Shown in pieces: positions 1-12,422 of a stretch of 64,000 nucleotides of DNA. The translations under genes and the position numbers were made by a program. Within the stretch, counting starts at the first letter, position 1; the number at the start of each line of letters is the position of its first letter. The notes beneath the pieces were generated by a model. It searched no databases. It worked only from the letters and a program-made list of their open reading frames with translations, and had not been told where the DNA came from. The stretch lies in assembly GCA_029717555.1 (NCBI GenBank), contig JAMDHS010000050.1:62001-126000 (forward strand), written 5' to 3'. The stretch is from Peribolospora baueri (taxonomy: Eukaryota).

Positions 1-406
1 CTGTGGGTGGTAGACTGGATGAGAGGAGACTGTGCCCATTTATTAGGGGCTCGTCTCGTTGTATTTCATATATACCGCTCGGGTAAACCGTCGTTCGCGT
101 TCATCGTGGGCCCCGAATCCATGTGCTTGTTGCACAACAGCCTTAAAGGTTCGTCAGGTGCCGTCCGCACAATGGTCTCGCCACCCCCACCGCCCCTCGA
201 CCGGAGATGGATCCTCAGGAGCTGGCCAAGCGAACCGGATGAGCTCTCCTCGGTCAATGGAGCCCATGGCATATTTGCATTCCAAAACTTTGCATTTCAC
301 GTACTCAGACGGCCGAGGGCCACACCGCATCGTAAAAACAGTCGGCATCAGCGCCTATATATTGTCAGGTGAGGGTTACATTTCCCACGCGTACGCGGAA
401 GGACCG

Positions 407-3400
407 TTAGAGCTTTGGCGCGTAAGGTGCGAACGTCTGCTTGAAGGCTTTAGCCTCCGCGCCCTCAATGGCATCGGAGCGAGCGCAGGCTTTCCAGTCC
501 GCACGCTCTGGCATGCCCAGGCAGTTCGCCAAGATCGTCCTGAAATGTGCAGAGAAGAACAATGTAAATCGTGGGCGGTCAGCATTTCACTTCGCGCTTG
601 TCCGATTGGCCAGAGCTCTCAAGTCTCGGTTTTTGAGACCCGTCTTCCTCACCTAGGGAACTGCAGATTGAACCTTCTGCCAGGTGTCAAGAGGTAGACA
701 AGCTTCTTCCCGGCTTCCGGTAATTCGAGACGGAAATAATTCCCGCCGCTCCTTCCGCTCGTCAACGCCTTGTCCGGATCAGCCTCCCACTCGTATCCCA
801 GCTTGTGACCCTCCTCTCTGAACGCTTCTTCCAACCCCGCCGCTTTGTCCTTCGGCATGGGTACAACCTGCACGTGAGCGTGTCCGGCCCTCCCTCCCAC
901 TCGACCGACCTCGAAGAAAACGGGCACTGCCCCGAACGCCCGGTAACATTCGCGCAGAGCAGACTTGTAGCTCTCCATCTCCGCTACGACCGGCACGGCA
1001 ACGTCCGGTGAAGCGGCGAAAAGAGAGGGAAAGTGAGAGATGGGGATGATGAGCACGTGTCCGCCGCCGGGGACTGGGGAAGAAGGGTTCGAGGCTTGGG
1101 GAAGCTGGCCCTTCGGTAGTGCGACGTAGCACTCGCGGCCTTGTTGTGAACAGAACGTGGAACGTAACAATTTGTCAGCTACGCATCTTCATACATACAC
1201 CGAAAGCAAAAGAAAATGCAACACTCACCGATGGAGACAATCAGATGTTTGGCAAGATCCTTCGACTGGAGACAGAACCAGCATTCGTCCGGTGAAACCT
1301 GTGGACGCTCTACAGGCTGGGACCTGTCCGGGCAGTCCCGGATGAAGTGCTCCTACGATAGGCCGACGTGACGTGAAGAATAAGTAAGGGAACACTGTCT
1401 CAGGTTGTGACGCGTCCGATAACGGTGCTATACACTCACACTCGAATTGCAAATCTTGCAAACATACCCCTCTGGCGGCCTCTTCCGCACCCCACCTGCG
1501 CCACCAGATGCGTTTTGTCCCGCTAACGCGCAATCGCGAATGAGATGATCCGTGCCATTGCAAAGCTTGCACACGTACCCCTCTGGCGGCTTGCGCGACT
1601 CGCTGCCAGCGCTGTTTGCAGGCTGGTTAGATGCGGCTTCTGGACACTCGCGAATGAAGTGCTCCGAGGATCCGCAGAGCTTGCATACGTAGCCTTCAGT
1701 CGGTCTCCGTCCGTCTCCGCCACCACCTGTCTGCCGATGGGAAGCGGACATGGGGCAGTCGCGAACAAAGTGCTCACTACTGCCGCACGCCTTGCACACG
1801 TAGCCTTCTGGAGGGCGCTTAGAAACGGCGCGAGCGCCGACGTCGCCCGGTCCGCCTCCTGAGCGGCCGTTGCCAGCATCCGACGGGTGGCCTTTCTGGG
1901 GGCAATTACGGATGTAGTGCTCCGTTGATTGGCAGATGCGGCACACGTAGCCTGGCGGAGGAGGGCCGTCCTGCAATGGCCCATCGTCTTTGAAGGGTTA
2001 CATATGCACGTTGTCAGTTTGATTCCCTGAAGAAATACTGAATCGACGTGGGACGCAAGCTTACCCGTCCTTGGCCGCTTCCCTTTCGTTGGCTGCCCAG
2101 CCCACCGATAATTCTCGCCTCCCGCGCCGTCTCCGCTCACTTCGCCTCCAGGATCACGCTTCCCGCCTCCGGCGCCACGACTGGAGGAAGTGAAAAACGG
2201 AGTAGGTGTAGTGTTTGGCGGCCGCGGAGCTGCACCAGAAGCAGAGCCATGGGAGATATTGAATGCGTAGAACCACTGTAGACAGTGAATATGGAGATGA
2301 GACGTCAACAATGCGATTCGAACGTGACAATGACATCTAAATGTACTCACCCTCTTCTTCCCAGGATTACCGAACTTGGCCAAGCTCACGAATCTCGTGA
2401 TTGGCCCACCGGGTACATGCTCATATGGCTCTCGCTCCCAGAAAGCACCGTCGCCCTCCGCGTCCTCGCCTCCGGCAAAATGGTACCTCGGCCTAACATG
2501 CTTGACCAGCTCGGCCACAGGCGGGGCACCCCAACTCTGTGCAGATGAGCTGGGAAGTGTGACCTTGCTGAGCAAGGTGATGTGTGTTGGCCACGAGTGG
2601 GTAAGGAGTAGATCGACAGACGTGGTAGACGGAGAAATTCCTTTAGAGCCGGTAGCCGCGCGTGCGGCCGCTAGCAACGACGGACCGCCGCCAGAGGCGG
2701 AAATTGAAGGCGGTGCAAGGCCTTGTCGAGACATGAATCGCCGGAGGTCCGCATGGGTATAGGATGGGTCGGCCACCAGCTGTAAGGGTTGAACAATATG
2801 AGTCGAACTTTCGCATATAGAAAGAACCAACGATCAGTCTTACCTCAGTTTTTTCGGACTCCTCCTCTTCCCCTTCGCCTGCTTCGCCAGTGCTGGACGT
2901 GTACTTCTCAAGGTCAAACTTGCCGCCAAATACCGCTATGCGCAACCCTTGCGGGGTGTTGAGCAAGCCTTGTCTCCCTGCAAAATACCCAAGAGTTTCG
3001 AGTAAAATAACCATTTTCACGAGCCGTTGCACCACGCCAATGCATGCGTCCTGCTTGACGACAAAGCCAATGACTCACCCAAGAAGAGGACGTCGTCCGC
3101 GACATCTCCGCCCCTTTCTGCGATCCTACGTCGAACGGCGAGAGGAAGCGGGCTGGAGCCCTGCATAATATAAGTTGGCATTGGAACTGAAAGAAAATGA
3201 AGAAGAAGTGTTAAGTGAGCCACTCGTGCGACATAAGGCGAACCCCCGCCCGTCATACGGGCTCACCTTTCAGCGAACCTTCCAGCAGGTCTTTCGCGTC
3301 GCCCTCAAGCATTTCCTCCTCCACCTGGTCCCCACCATCATCTCCTCCATCATTAGTATTATCGCCTCCATCTGCTTGCTTGGTCTTTGGTGGTGCAAAG

Positions 3401-3607
3401 AAATTACCGAGGCAGACAAGAAGATCGAACTTGCCGTGCTTGGCGTCGATGGCCTGCACCTTCGCGAAAAGCTCGCGCAGGCGACCGTCCGCCGAGCCGA
3501 CCACCAAGCTGAGCGTCCCAGGTAAGATCAGTCACCAATCTCGACGAGCTACCACTTCCAGGTGAATCCTGATGAACTCACATTTTGGAAGGCTTTACGT
3601 CACCCAT
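407..3607 (-). CDS. DRN1: CWF19-like/Drn1 (CwfJ-domain) debranching-associated protein with five inserted CCHC zinc knuckles; multi-exon
   Basis: Spliced N-terminus MGDVKPSKI|LVVGSADG...KFDLLVCLGNFF; metallophosphoesterase-like VDLLLTHSWP and RPRYHFAG...FWEREPY; CwfJ C-terminus ECWFCLQSKDLAKHLIVSIG, YVALPKG, GHVLIIPISH, HAHVQVVP, FNLQFPR|TILA...RADWKAC; stop TAA at 407-409. Confidence 0.9.
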
Positions 3608-3672
3608 GACCACTTCAGCGCATGAAGCAAGGCTTAGGAGGCGATCCAGGAAAGAGGTGGAGAATAATAAGA

Positions 3673-3801
3673 ACGCGAGTCACGTGCCTTGCACGTGATG
3701 ATTGCCGATCATGCCCCTGCAACCCGCGGCTGTGCGACCATGGCGGGGCCACCAGCTTCTAAAAGACAGACGACAGAGACCATTGACTTGTCGATATAAC
3801 T
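3673..3801. promoter_or_regulatory. Compact divergent promoter with a palindromic double E-box (TCACGTGC-CTT-GCACGTGA) and a TATA-like element
   Basis: 266-bp gap between ATGs at 3607(-) and 3874(+); perfect inverted repeat at 3680-3698; TATAA near 3795. Confidence 0.5.
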
Positions 3802-3873
3802 GGCTCCCTTGGACCTGGTTTCCTCATACCCAGGTTCCCTTGGACCGTCTGGAGGCATCGAACCTAGCCCACC

Positions 3874-6407
3874 ATGTCTCAGAGAGACCGTCTCCTCCAG
3901 AACCTCAACACTGTATATGACCAGGTCAGGGCGGCGATCCAAGACCCTGCCTCCGGCGCAGCCCCTCCTGGTAGACCTCTAACCAGCTTCCTCCTCGGTC
4001 CCGAGCACCGGCAAGACCAAAGACAACAGCAACAGGTGCAGCAGCGAGTTGCAACCGACGGCCTACCAACCTACTCTCGGCGTCCCGGTCAGCACGATGC
4101 AAGAGGTCAAGCGCGACGAGATGCAGGTCACACACGCACGCATCGGTATGCTACGGGGAACGGCAGGGTTGCGCTTGACATCTATACGTCCATCGCCACC
4201 CCTGTGCCTTCATTTGTAGGAGGCGATGAGAACGGAAGAGAGAAGGTATCCGGCGTAGTGAAGATTCACGTTGGGGAGGGAGATCGGATAGGTGTCGTGA
4301 GAGTGAAGGTGAGCTGTCAGTTGAGGTATCAAGTCCCCGGGTCGAGCTTGCGGGGCCGTTGCCGTTGTCACATTATGCTCTTTATTAATTTTGTATAACG
4401 TCTTAACTTTTCTGCTTTTTGCAGTTGAAGGCGATAGCTCGGTCAACCGTTCCTAACGACGTGCCCGACTTATCTACCGTGGTTCATCTTTCTCCAACAA
4501 CCATCCGAACGCCCACCTCGACCTCCGAGGTCCTCTTGCTTCAGCTCGAGAAGAGCATTCCACCTCCGCCTTCAGATCTTACACCGAGTTCGCCCATGTG
4601 GCCCGTAGGCGATCACAGACTGGGCTTCAGCTTTGCACTGCCGGAGAACAGCAAAAACGGAAAGAGGCTTCCTCCCAGCTTCTTGCTAGAGGCTGGGAGC
4701 AAGGGAAGGTGGAGAGGTACAGAGGAATGGGCTAGTGTCAAATGGTATCTCAAGGTCACGGTGCAGCGACTGGGCTGGATGAGCATCAATGATCGGTGAG
4801 CAGGCGTCTGGGAATCCATGCGTCTGATTCCTTTCTTACTCCTGTTTCGGGTTGGCGTACAGCATCTTCGCGCCTTTTCTCTATCTACCTCCTCCTCCTT
4901 CCGCCGTCGTCAACCACATGCGCAAAATTACGGCTTCGGTCCGTCCGCCTCCTTCCTCAGCCTCACAACATCGTCCGACGCAAAAGCTGACAGGAAAGAG
5001 CAAGAAAAATGGGTCGGACAGAGATGCGGCCACCTTTGACGACCCTTCGACCGCGGGGCCTTCCCGCTCCGCACCCAGAGCCTCTGTGTCTTCATCCGCC
5101 CGAGCTTTGGAGACAGAGATGGATCAATCTGGATTACGGTGGAAGCCCATCAACATGGATCTGAGCGACCCATCCAGCGAGAAAGGCAAAGGCAAAGGTA
5201 AAGCCAAATCCAGAGGCTTCTTTGGTTTCGGTGCTCAGGCGAAGGCTCCAGACGATGAAGATTGGGTGGTGAGCATGCTATGCGTCCGTTGCCGCCGAAG
5301 GGTCGTTGACATCATGCTGATGGGTCTATCCTGTGCTGCGATAGCTCTGGATTCCCGATCCACCCATCTTTCCGATGCGCGCCACCGTACCCATCTCTCT
5401 GTCTCTCACAGGAAGTGGGCGCATGGCCGCCTCAGGCGCCCCCTCGGTACTTCCTCACGTGATGCTTATGCAACGAACGACCGTCATGCACGTTCCGAAC
5501 TCCAAGATAAGTAGCAAGATGGAGCGGTGTATCGCCACGGTTGGGCTTGCGTTAGAACAAAGTTCCGGCGAGAGGCAGGGCTTGAAGTGGACTGGCCGGC
5601 TTCAGGTGCCTAGCAATGTCGGCCCGAGCTTCTATTGCCCATGTGTCCAGGTCCAGGTGAGCGCAAGCTTTCAGGCTTTCTGGTAATCCATACTTTGGGT
5701 GGTAGAGCCTGAGCTGTCCTATTTTCTCCGTCACATAGTACTTCATCACTTGCCAACGCGATCCCACTGCTCCCGTCCACCTCCAAGAGCCCATCACTCT
5801 TGCCTATCTTCCGCCTCCGCGTCGGTCCCGCCCAGCTTCAATGACTGCCCCTCCGCGAACACGAACGCGAACGCCACCTCCCCTGCCCGCGGTGGCATCT
5901 TCGCGGCCTGCTTCCCAAAGCCAAGGGCTCCGGCCCACGGCGCCACCTAAGAAGCCACCCAGGTCGTCTGCGACTGCCAACGGAGACTCTCACTCATCGT
6001 CCCCCTCTGGTGGTGCGCCTCACAGAGCGCACAGCTCAATGGTCGACACAACCTCCTCGTCGGTCGCCGGACCGTCACGCTTCGTGGCACCGTCTCCGTC
6101 CGAAAATCCTGGACCCTCAACGCCCACCCCCGCTTCTTCTGCTGCCCCTGCCGCTGACGGTCGGCCCGCTTCTGCATTCCTCTATGCGCCGACGGCTTCA
6201 CCCTCCCTTCAGCAAGGCTTTACTGGCGACATGAGGCTTTTCTCTGGGCCGGATTCCGGCCCCGGCGTGGTGCCTGAATCGGAGAGCTTGAGGATACAGA
6301 ACCCGGCGATCGACCCGGAGGAAGAGGCGGCTCTGCAGGACGCGTACGGACTGCCGCCGAGCTATTGGGAAAGTGAGAGAATGGAGGCGAGGGCCGGGGA
6401 TGAGTAG
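3874..6407 (+). CDS. Arrestin-fold (alpha-arrestin-like) adaptor protein; about 5 exons
   Basis: VSGVVKIHV, LGFSFALP...LPPSF, WASVKWYLKVTVQRLGW, IFAPFLYLP, VGPSFYCPCVQVQ; PY-like motifs LPTY and LPPSY; GT-AG introns near 4309, 4796, 5269 and 5657. Confidence 0.7.
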
Positions 6408-6730
6408 ATGAAGTGGTGCAGGGAAGGAAGGGAAAATGGATTGATGATGGATGGACTTGTGGCTTTTCGTGCTATGCTTCGTGCTTCCCCGTCGGATCTG
6501 CGATCGTCTTCTGTTCTTTGTAGATCTTATCTTATCCTGCTCCAGACTGGTTTTGGATCATTTCGTCCCTTTCTCGTGGACATGGTTCGTCAGTTCCCAT
6601 GGTTGGACAACAAACGTAATGATCGAGTCGGAGGTTATTCATTCATATATGGATTTCCGACGTCCGCCAACCTCCTAAAACAAAGTTGCGCCTTGCTCGG
6701 GAGACCCACACCACAGGCAAACAGAGCCGT

Positions 6731-7979
6731 TCAGGGCCGCTTCCGAATGAGCACGAGCACGAGAGGCCACGCGACCTCGACCTTGTCGTCTGCACCCTCC
6801 GCCTGGGCTCTGCACCTCAGCTCCTCCATGAACATGGTGGCAATATCCTTGGTACCTTTCTGTGCGGGATGCGTGTCCAGGTATGCATGCAAGGCCGAAA
6901 AGGTGTGCAGGTACCCATCTAGCTGGTCCCATGTCATCACTTTGCTCAGCCTCCTCTCTCTTTCCCCACGGCCGAGCCACTTGATGCGTTGCGAGCTGTC
7001 GCCGTCCCACTTGCTTGCCTTTCCAGAGTCCAGCTCTGCGTCCGCATCAGTGGGGAACGGTACGGCATCCAAGAGGCCTTCTACGATGCTTCGTCCCGGT
7101 TGCTGCCAGTAGTCACCTAGCGTCGAAGGCCCGTGACCCACGGGAAGGCAAGGCGTCGAGGTGGCATAGCTGACGATAAGCGGGTCAAGAGATGGGTGGC
7201 GGGGTAGGAAAAACTCGCCATAGCCCTGAAGTGGAGCGAATGACAAGAGGTGAGAAAGGTAAATAAGGACTCTGTGTGTGAGCAAGATGACGCCCAGCCG
7301 TCCGTGCTGCTCACAAAGAAGGCTACCGTTCCTCCCGGCCTTACGACTCTCGTCAGCTCCTTCCAGATCTTGGGGTAATCGAACCAATGCGCTGCCTGAC
7401 CGCACAGAGAAGAAAATAGTTCAAGCCATACGTCAGCCGTTGCTACGTCCATCTCGTCTCTTGGCCTCATTCGGTTGTTAACATGCTCACCCACCTGTCC
7501 GGCGGTCACAAGATCTACACTGTCCGTTTCAAGCCATGGGAGGTCCTCCGCCGTCCCCTGCCTATAATCGACTCCACCCTTGAACTCCTCCTCCTGGAAC
7601 CCTTCGATCGCCTTGGCGTTGACCATACCGGGCTTCACCACATTGTTAATCATTGAACGCGACGGTTCCACGCCTATGACGTGGGAGAAGCGCGTGGAGA
7701 GCGGGACAGTAACTATACCTGTGCTTACGGACGGAATGAACACGCGGGTCAAGCAAGATCAAGGTCCAGGTCCGGAGAGGAAACACAAACAAGGTTAGAC
7801 AAGCAGAGATGAACCACAAACGCACCAGGTCCGCATCCGAGGTCGATGGCTCGCTCCCACTTGGCTGCCGTGCTTTTGGCATGGAAGCCAAAGACCTCGT
7901 TGTACAGCCACCGAGGGTAGCTTGGCCGATAGGAGAGGTAGCGCACGGCGTCGAAGGTTGGGCGGGAGAAGGCTGACAT
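6731..7979 (-). CDS. Class I SAM-dependent small-molecule methyltransferase (Tmt1/Crg1-like)
   Basis: MSAFSRPTFDAVRYLSYRPSYP, AIDLGCGPG, VIGVEPS, SVDLVTAGQ|AAHWFDY, RVVRPGGTVAF, DYWQQPGRSIVE. Confidence 0.85.
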
Positions 7980-9142
7980 CGGCAACTACACGGTAAGAGA
8001 ATGGAGGAGATGGGGGCGCAGACAACGGCGCAGCCTATCGTCTGGCCTATTTAAGATCCCCGGCACTTCATCCGTCCATCCATCGTCTTGTCCTGGCGCT
8101 CCGTGGAGGACGACAATTACGTTTATCCGATCGGAATAGCGGCCGAAAATCCGAAAAAAAGGCCCGGGCCAGCATAGCGGTCGCGTGAACGCTTCCATGC
8201 TCCACAAGGGGCGATAAAGGATGAACGAACGACACGGGCAGAACGGTGTCGGCCGACAGAGGAGGTTCTTCTGCCCCGCTTGCCCATTCACAAGATGACT
8301 CGCCGCCCACAAGTCTGACATTGACACTTTGAATTCGGTATCGCTCATCGCCAGGTATGGGGGATGTTTGGGCACAGATCATACATAGATCGCGCACTTA
8401 TCGTGGACGCAGCAAGGAAACCAATGCGCTCGGGGCAGTCAGAGGAAGAGAAAAGGCCCCGGGTTCATCGATGCAAGACTGTGTCTATGCCTCGTTGGCT
8501 GTGCTGCATAACGCCTCTCAGACGGACTACAAAGGACGGTACGGAGAAATGCTCGCTGTTTTCGACTTTTGTAAGCATCCTCGAGGCGGAGACGAGCGTC
8601 CGGGCTCACAGCGCTCGAGGTTCCAAGGGCCGAACGGGAATACCCTGATCATCGCGCCTTGAAAGCCGCTGGATATGTCTTGAGAGCGGTGGGATTCCAC
8701 CTGAGCTTATTACAAGTGAACTCGCTCGCGTACGCAGTGACGCAGCGAAGGTCGCTTCGGGAGTTTCTAGAGGCAACGGGGAGGGTCCAATGGTCCCAGA
8801 CGCCTTTGCTGCCGTTCGCCCTTCGAGCCAGGCGTCGAATGGTTTGCTCAGGCGGGTACGACTCAAAATCGGGACGCACTCATAGCCTGCAGCTATGCCG
8901 ACGTCGCGTGGCGTCGAAGATGTAGAGAGAGGGAACAAGGGGGACATGAGAGCGCGCAATAAGCGTCCAGTTGCTTTTCGAAAGCGGTCCCAAGCAACGT
9001 CTCGTTCACCTCTGCGGTCAGCTCAGCCGCGTGCCTAGTACTATTTATAATATAACGTCTGTCCAACATGCTTAACCAAACATTAATCCCACCACCTGTT
9101 GCAATCCCCTCTTTCAACACGCCTCCGGGTCGGATCTCTTCT

Positions 9143-9752
9143 ATGGCGCCACAATCATCTCCCCAACCGAGCTCGCCATCCGCTCACAAACTGCCTGACG
9201 GTCCGGACGCCGGCCTGTACGCCAGCGCCGCCGAACGCAAAAAATGGCTGGCCGAAGTCCTGGAGACTCGCATTCTCCAATGCCTAAACAACGCGGCTGA
9301 CTCGGATTTCGATTCGGAGGCGGTCAGCAGCAGCGGGAGCTCGACCAGCGGTCATCTACTCCCAAGCCGCCCTCGCCCGCGAAGACCGGCGTTCTCTCTT
9401 TGAAAAGGTAAGCCGCATGCTGTGTATGGTCTCCACGGTGGCCAAACGTTTTCTTGGGTGTATGACCCTTTTTCTCGCGTTTCCTCGGTCGACAGGCCCA
9501 CGCAGCAGCCCGCGTCGTCCCTCAAGGTCATTCACGCTACATCAAGTTGAATCCGCTACAGCTTTCGTTGATCGAGCCGGAGCGGATCTCCACGATCGCC
9601 GGGCACGTGCAATACGGAGACAGTCGGGGGTAGGCGGCGAGGCAAAAATGGAGCACGCCCGTGGCGCCGACCGGCAATGGAGGCGGGCGAAGAGAGCGGC
9701 CCTATGGCTGATGTATCTCACCTTTCGAGGCCATGGCGAGGAAGATAAATAA
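9143..9752 (+). pseudogene. Possible frameshifted remnant of a small two-exon gene (SnoaL/NTF2-like is a guess)
   Basis: TATA-rich patch near 9042-9055, ATG at 9143, GTAAG donor at 9408 and CAG acceptor near 9495; protein-like segments in different frames (ETRILQCLNN; ESATAFVDR...QWRR...LWLMYLTFRG). Confidence 0.3.
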
Positions 9753-10805
9753 ATACCGATGGATGCATGTCCCTCCCCTCCCGTCCTCCATCTTCCCAGT
9801 CTCCCACCAAGCACAACTCGCCTTCTGTGTCCCTCTTGACCGTTCTGGCCGACTGTAAGACGTGCAAATGCCTCGGAAATCCACTCTCGGCGCGCACCGC
9901 AGCCCTCTTCCAGCCGCCCTCTTCGATCCAGTCCCGTCCTTCGCCTGTCTTCATGCTGATCTGCTTCGGGTGCCAGTGAACGTCGTCGTCGTCGTCGCGA
10001 CGAGCTCGTTCGCGTCTACGGGTTTCCTTGACCTCTGGTAACCAAGAACACCCTCGGCGCCGCTCATCCATTCATGTTTACTGACCTTCCTCTCTTGTCG
10101 CCAAGCTTCCGCCCCACCCCTCTCCGTACGACTGGTCACCTTCGTCGCCCTGCAGTCTCCTATCAGGCCCCATCGCCACCACACGAAAACCTCTGCTCGC
10201 TCACCAGGACCACTCTCGTCGCTACCGTGGGAAATTCGGCGTCGTCCCTGATTTAGCCGCGACAAACGAGCCTAATTTGTCCGAGTCGGCCTGGCGATGG
10301 GTGGAGGGCGCATCGTCGTCCGTCCCATCGATCGTTTTGATCCCCTCCCTCATTTTCCTTTCTCTACCACCTCTGCTCACTGCTCTCCGCTACGCCACTT
10401 CGCAGTCCTAGCGGGAAAGATCGCCGAGGTCGCTTCTCAGACGATCCGTCCCGTCAATCGCGCCGTCGTCGACGAGGCCTTTCTCCACCCTCGGCACTCC
10501 GATCAGTCACCCATTTTGAGGTTGGTATACTTTCCTCCATTGGCCAGGACTACGCTTTGTCTTCGCTCGCGAACGGGGTGGGCATTCGTGCTGAGTACCC
10601 GCAGGAGTGCGTAGGACCGCCGAAAAGGCGTCGGAGTTTCATGCGAGCGTCCACCCACTCGCCAAATAAGAGGACTCTCCAGAAAGCTCGTTCGCTAACA
10701 TGCTCCCTCCGTCACTCCACCTCCGTCCGTCAGGATTGCTGTCTGCCACCTTCGACATCTCTTGCTCCCCTCCCCGGAGTCTCGAGCGTCCGACCGATCG
10801 CCAAA

Positions 10806-11906
10806 ATGGATATGGGCGGGATGGGCATGGGCGGGATGAGCGGTATGGGTGGCTCCTCCTCGTCCAATTCTTCAATGGGTGGCATGGATATGGGCACCGG
10901 CGACTGCCTCATTCGTATGATGTGAGTTGATTGGCTCACTTTCGACGTCGAGTGTGCGAGCTCTGCCTGGCCAGATTGCGACTCGCTTCGTTGACGCCTT
11001 CTGACCGATCGCACATCGCGACACAGCGGCAACTGGGACACGATCCACACCTGTTTCCTCACCCCCTCTTGGCACATCAACACGGAAGCGCAGTTTGCAG
11101 GAACGGTCATCTTCGTCTTCCTCCTCACAGTGATTATCGAGTTTGTACGCCGCCTCGGGCGCGAGTACGATAGGAGGATCATGAGGGCGTACAGGGAAAG
11201 CGACGCTTATCGGGAGTGGGTGGAAAGGAAGCTCGAAGAAGGGAAGATCGAGGCGAAGATGGCGGCCGATGCCCGCGACGGGGCGGCTGAAGGCGGATCG
11301 ACCAAGGCCCTCGGCGGCAAGGCCAAGAACCTCGTCGCCCGTCTTTCCGGAACCGCGCCTCAAGGTCTCAAGTTCCGTCCGACGCTCGGTCAACAATTCA
11401 TCAGGTCCATGTTCTACGTGATACAGTGTAGGTAGTCATGTCGTCTGTCGTCCGTCCGTCCGTTCGTTCGTTTGTGCGGGTTCCAGGGTTAGACGATGCA
11501 AGTGGCGGATGAGCAAGTCGCTGACTCGGCTTGGCTCGGGTGATCCGATTCTTTTCCTGAACAGTCACCGGCGCATACCTCATCATGCTCTTCGCCATGT
11601 GTGAGTCGTTTCTTTCTCATGCCTCATCCATCAGCGTCTTCTATCTAGACACATTTTTATTTATTTTATTTTTACTTGGTCGCTCACTGGCAATCGTCTC
11701 TCTTCCTCTCCCTACGTACAGACTTCAACGGGTACATCCTCCTCGCAGTCTGCATCGGTGGATTCGCTGGCCACTTCGCTTCCTCGTGGGATTCAGTCTC
11801 CGGAGGAGGGGAGATGGCCCTCCTCGGCGCGGGGGCAGGCGCCGCGGTGGGGCTGGAAGGAGCAGCGTTAGCGGTCGGCGTAGAAAGCGACGGGTGTTGT
11901 TGTTGA
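10806..11906 (+). CDS. Ctr-family high-affinity copper transporter (Ctr3/Ctr4-type); 4 exons
   Basis: Met-rich N-terminus MDMGGMGMGGMSGMGG; CLIRMIGNWDTIHTCFLTPSWHI; IEFVRRLGREYDR; MxxxM motif LIMLFAM|YFNGY; GxxxG; C-terminal GCCC. Confidence 0.93.
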
Positions 11907-12422
11907 TTCGAATGGACCCTTTCCCTACTCCCCATCCAGTTTTTGCACTTCATGGTTCGTCTCCCTGGGATTTGTCTTACTATCTCTTTCGCTTTCGTCA
12001 TTCGCGCGTCGACATCCCGACCTGGCTCCTTGCCGCGGACCTCACCATCTTCACTTTCTGTCTTTGTCCGACGAGCACGTCTCATCATGCATACGTGACC
12101 CTGGACAGTGCCGTGCAGGAGGATATTTGACGCTGTGTATCTAGTTAGCCTCCTGGCTGTGCTCGTTTGGGAACATACAAGGTCTGCACCCTTAGATGGC
12201 TGCCTTTCATACCATGCTGACTGAGCGATCGTCGATCCTCCCTCGACCCGCCCATCTGATTAAGGTCCGGAGAGGCGCACAAAGGCCGATGGGATCGTGA
12301 TCGTGATTGTTGCGTCGCGTTGCGTACCTTTCTTAGCTTGCTCTCCATCTACGATCTGTGATCGCGCGTTCTCGCTCTCCGCCGTCGGTCTCCGTAGATA
12401 TAGACAAAACTCGAGAGAGATC

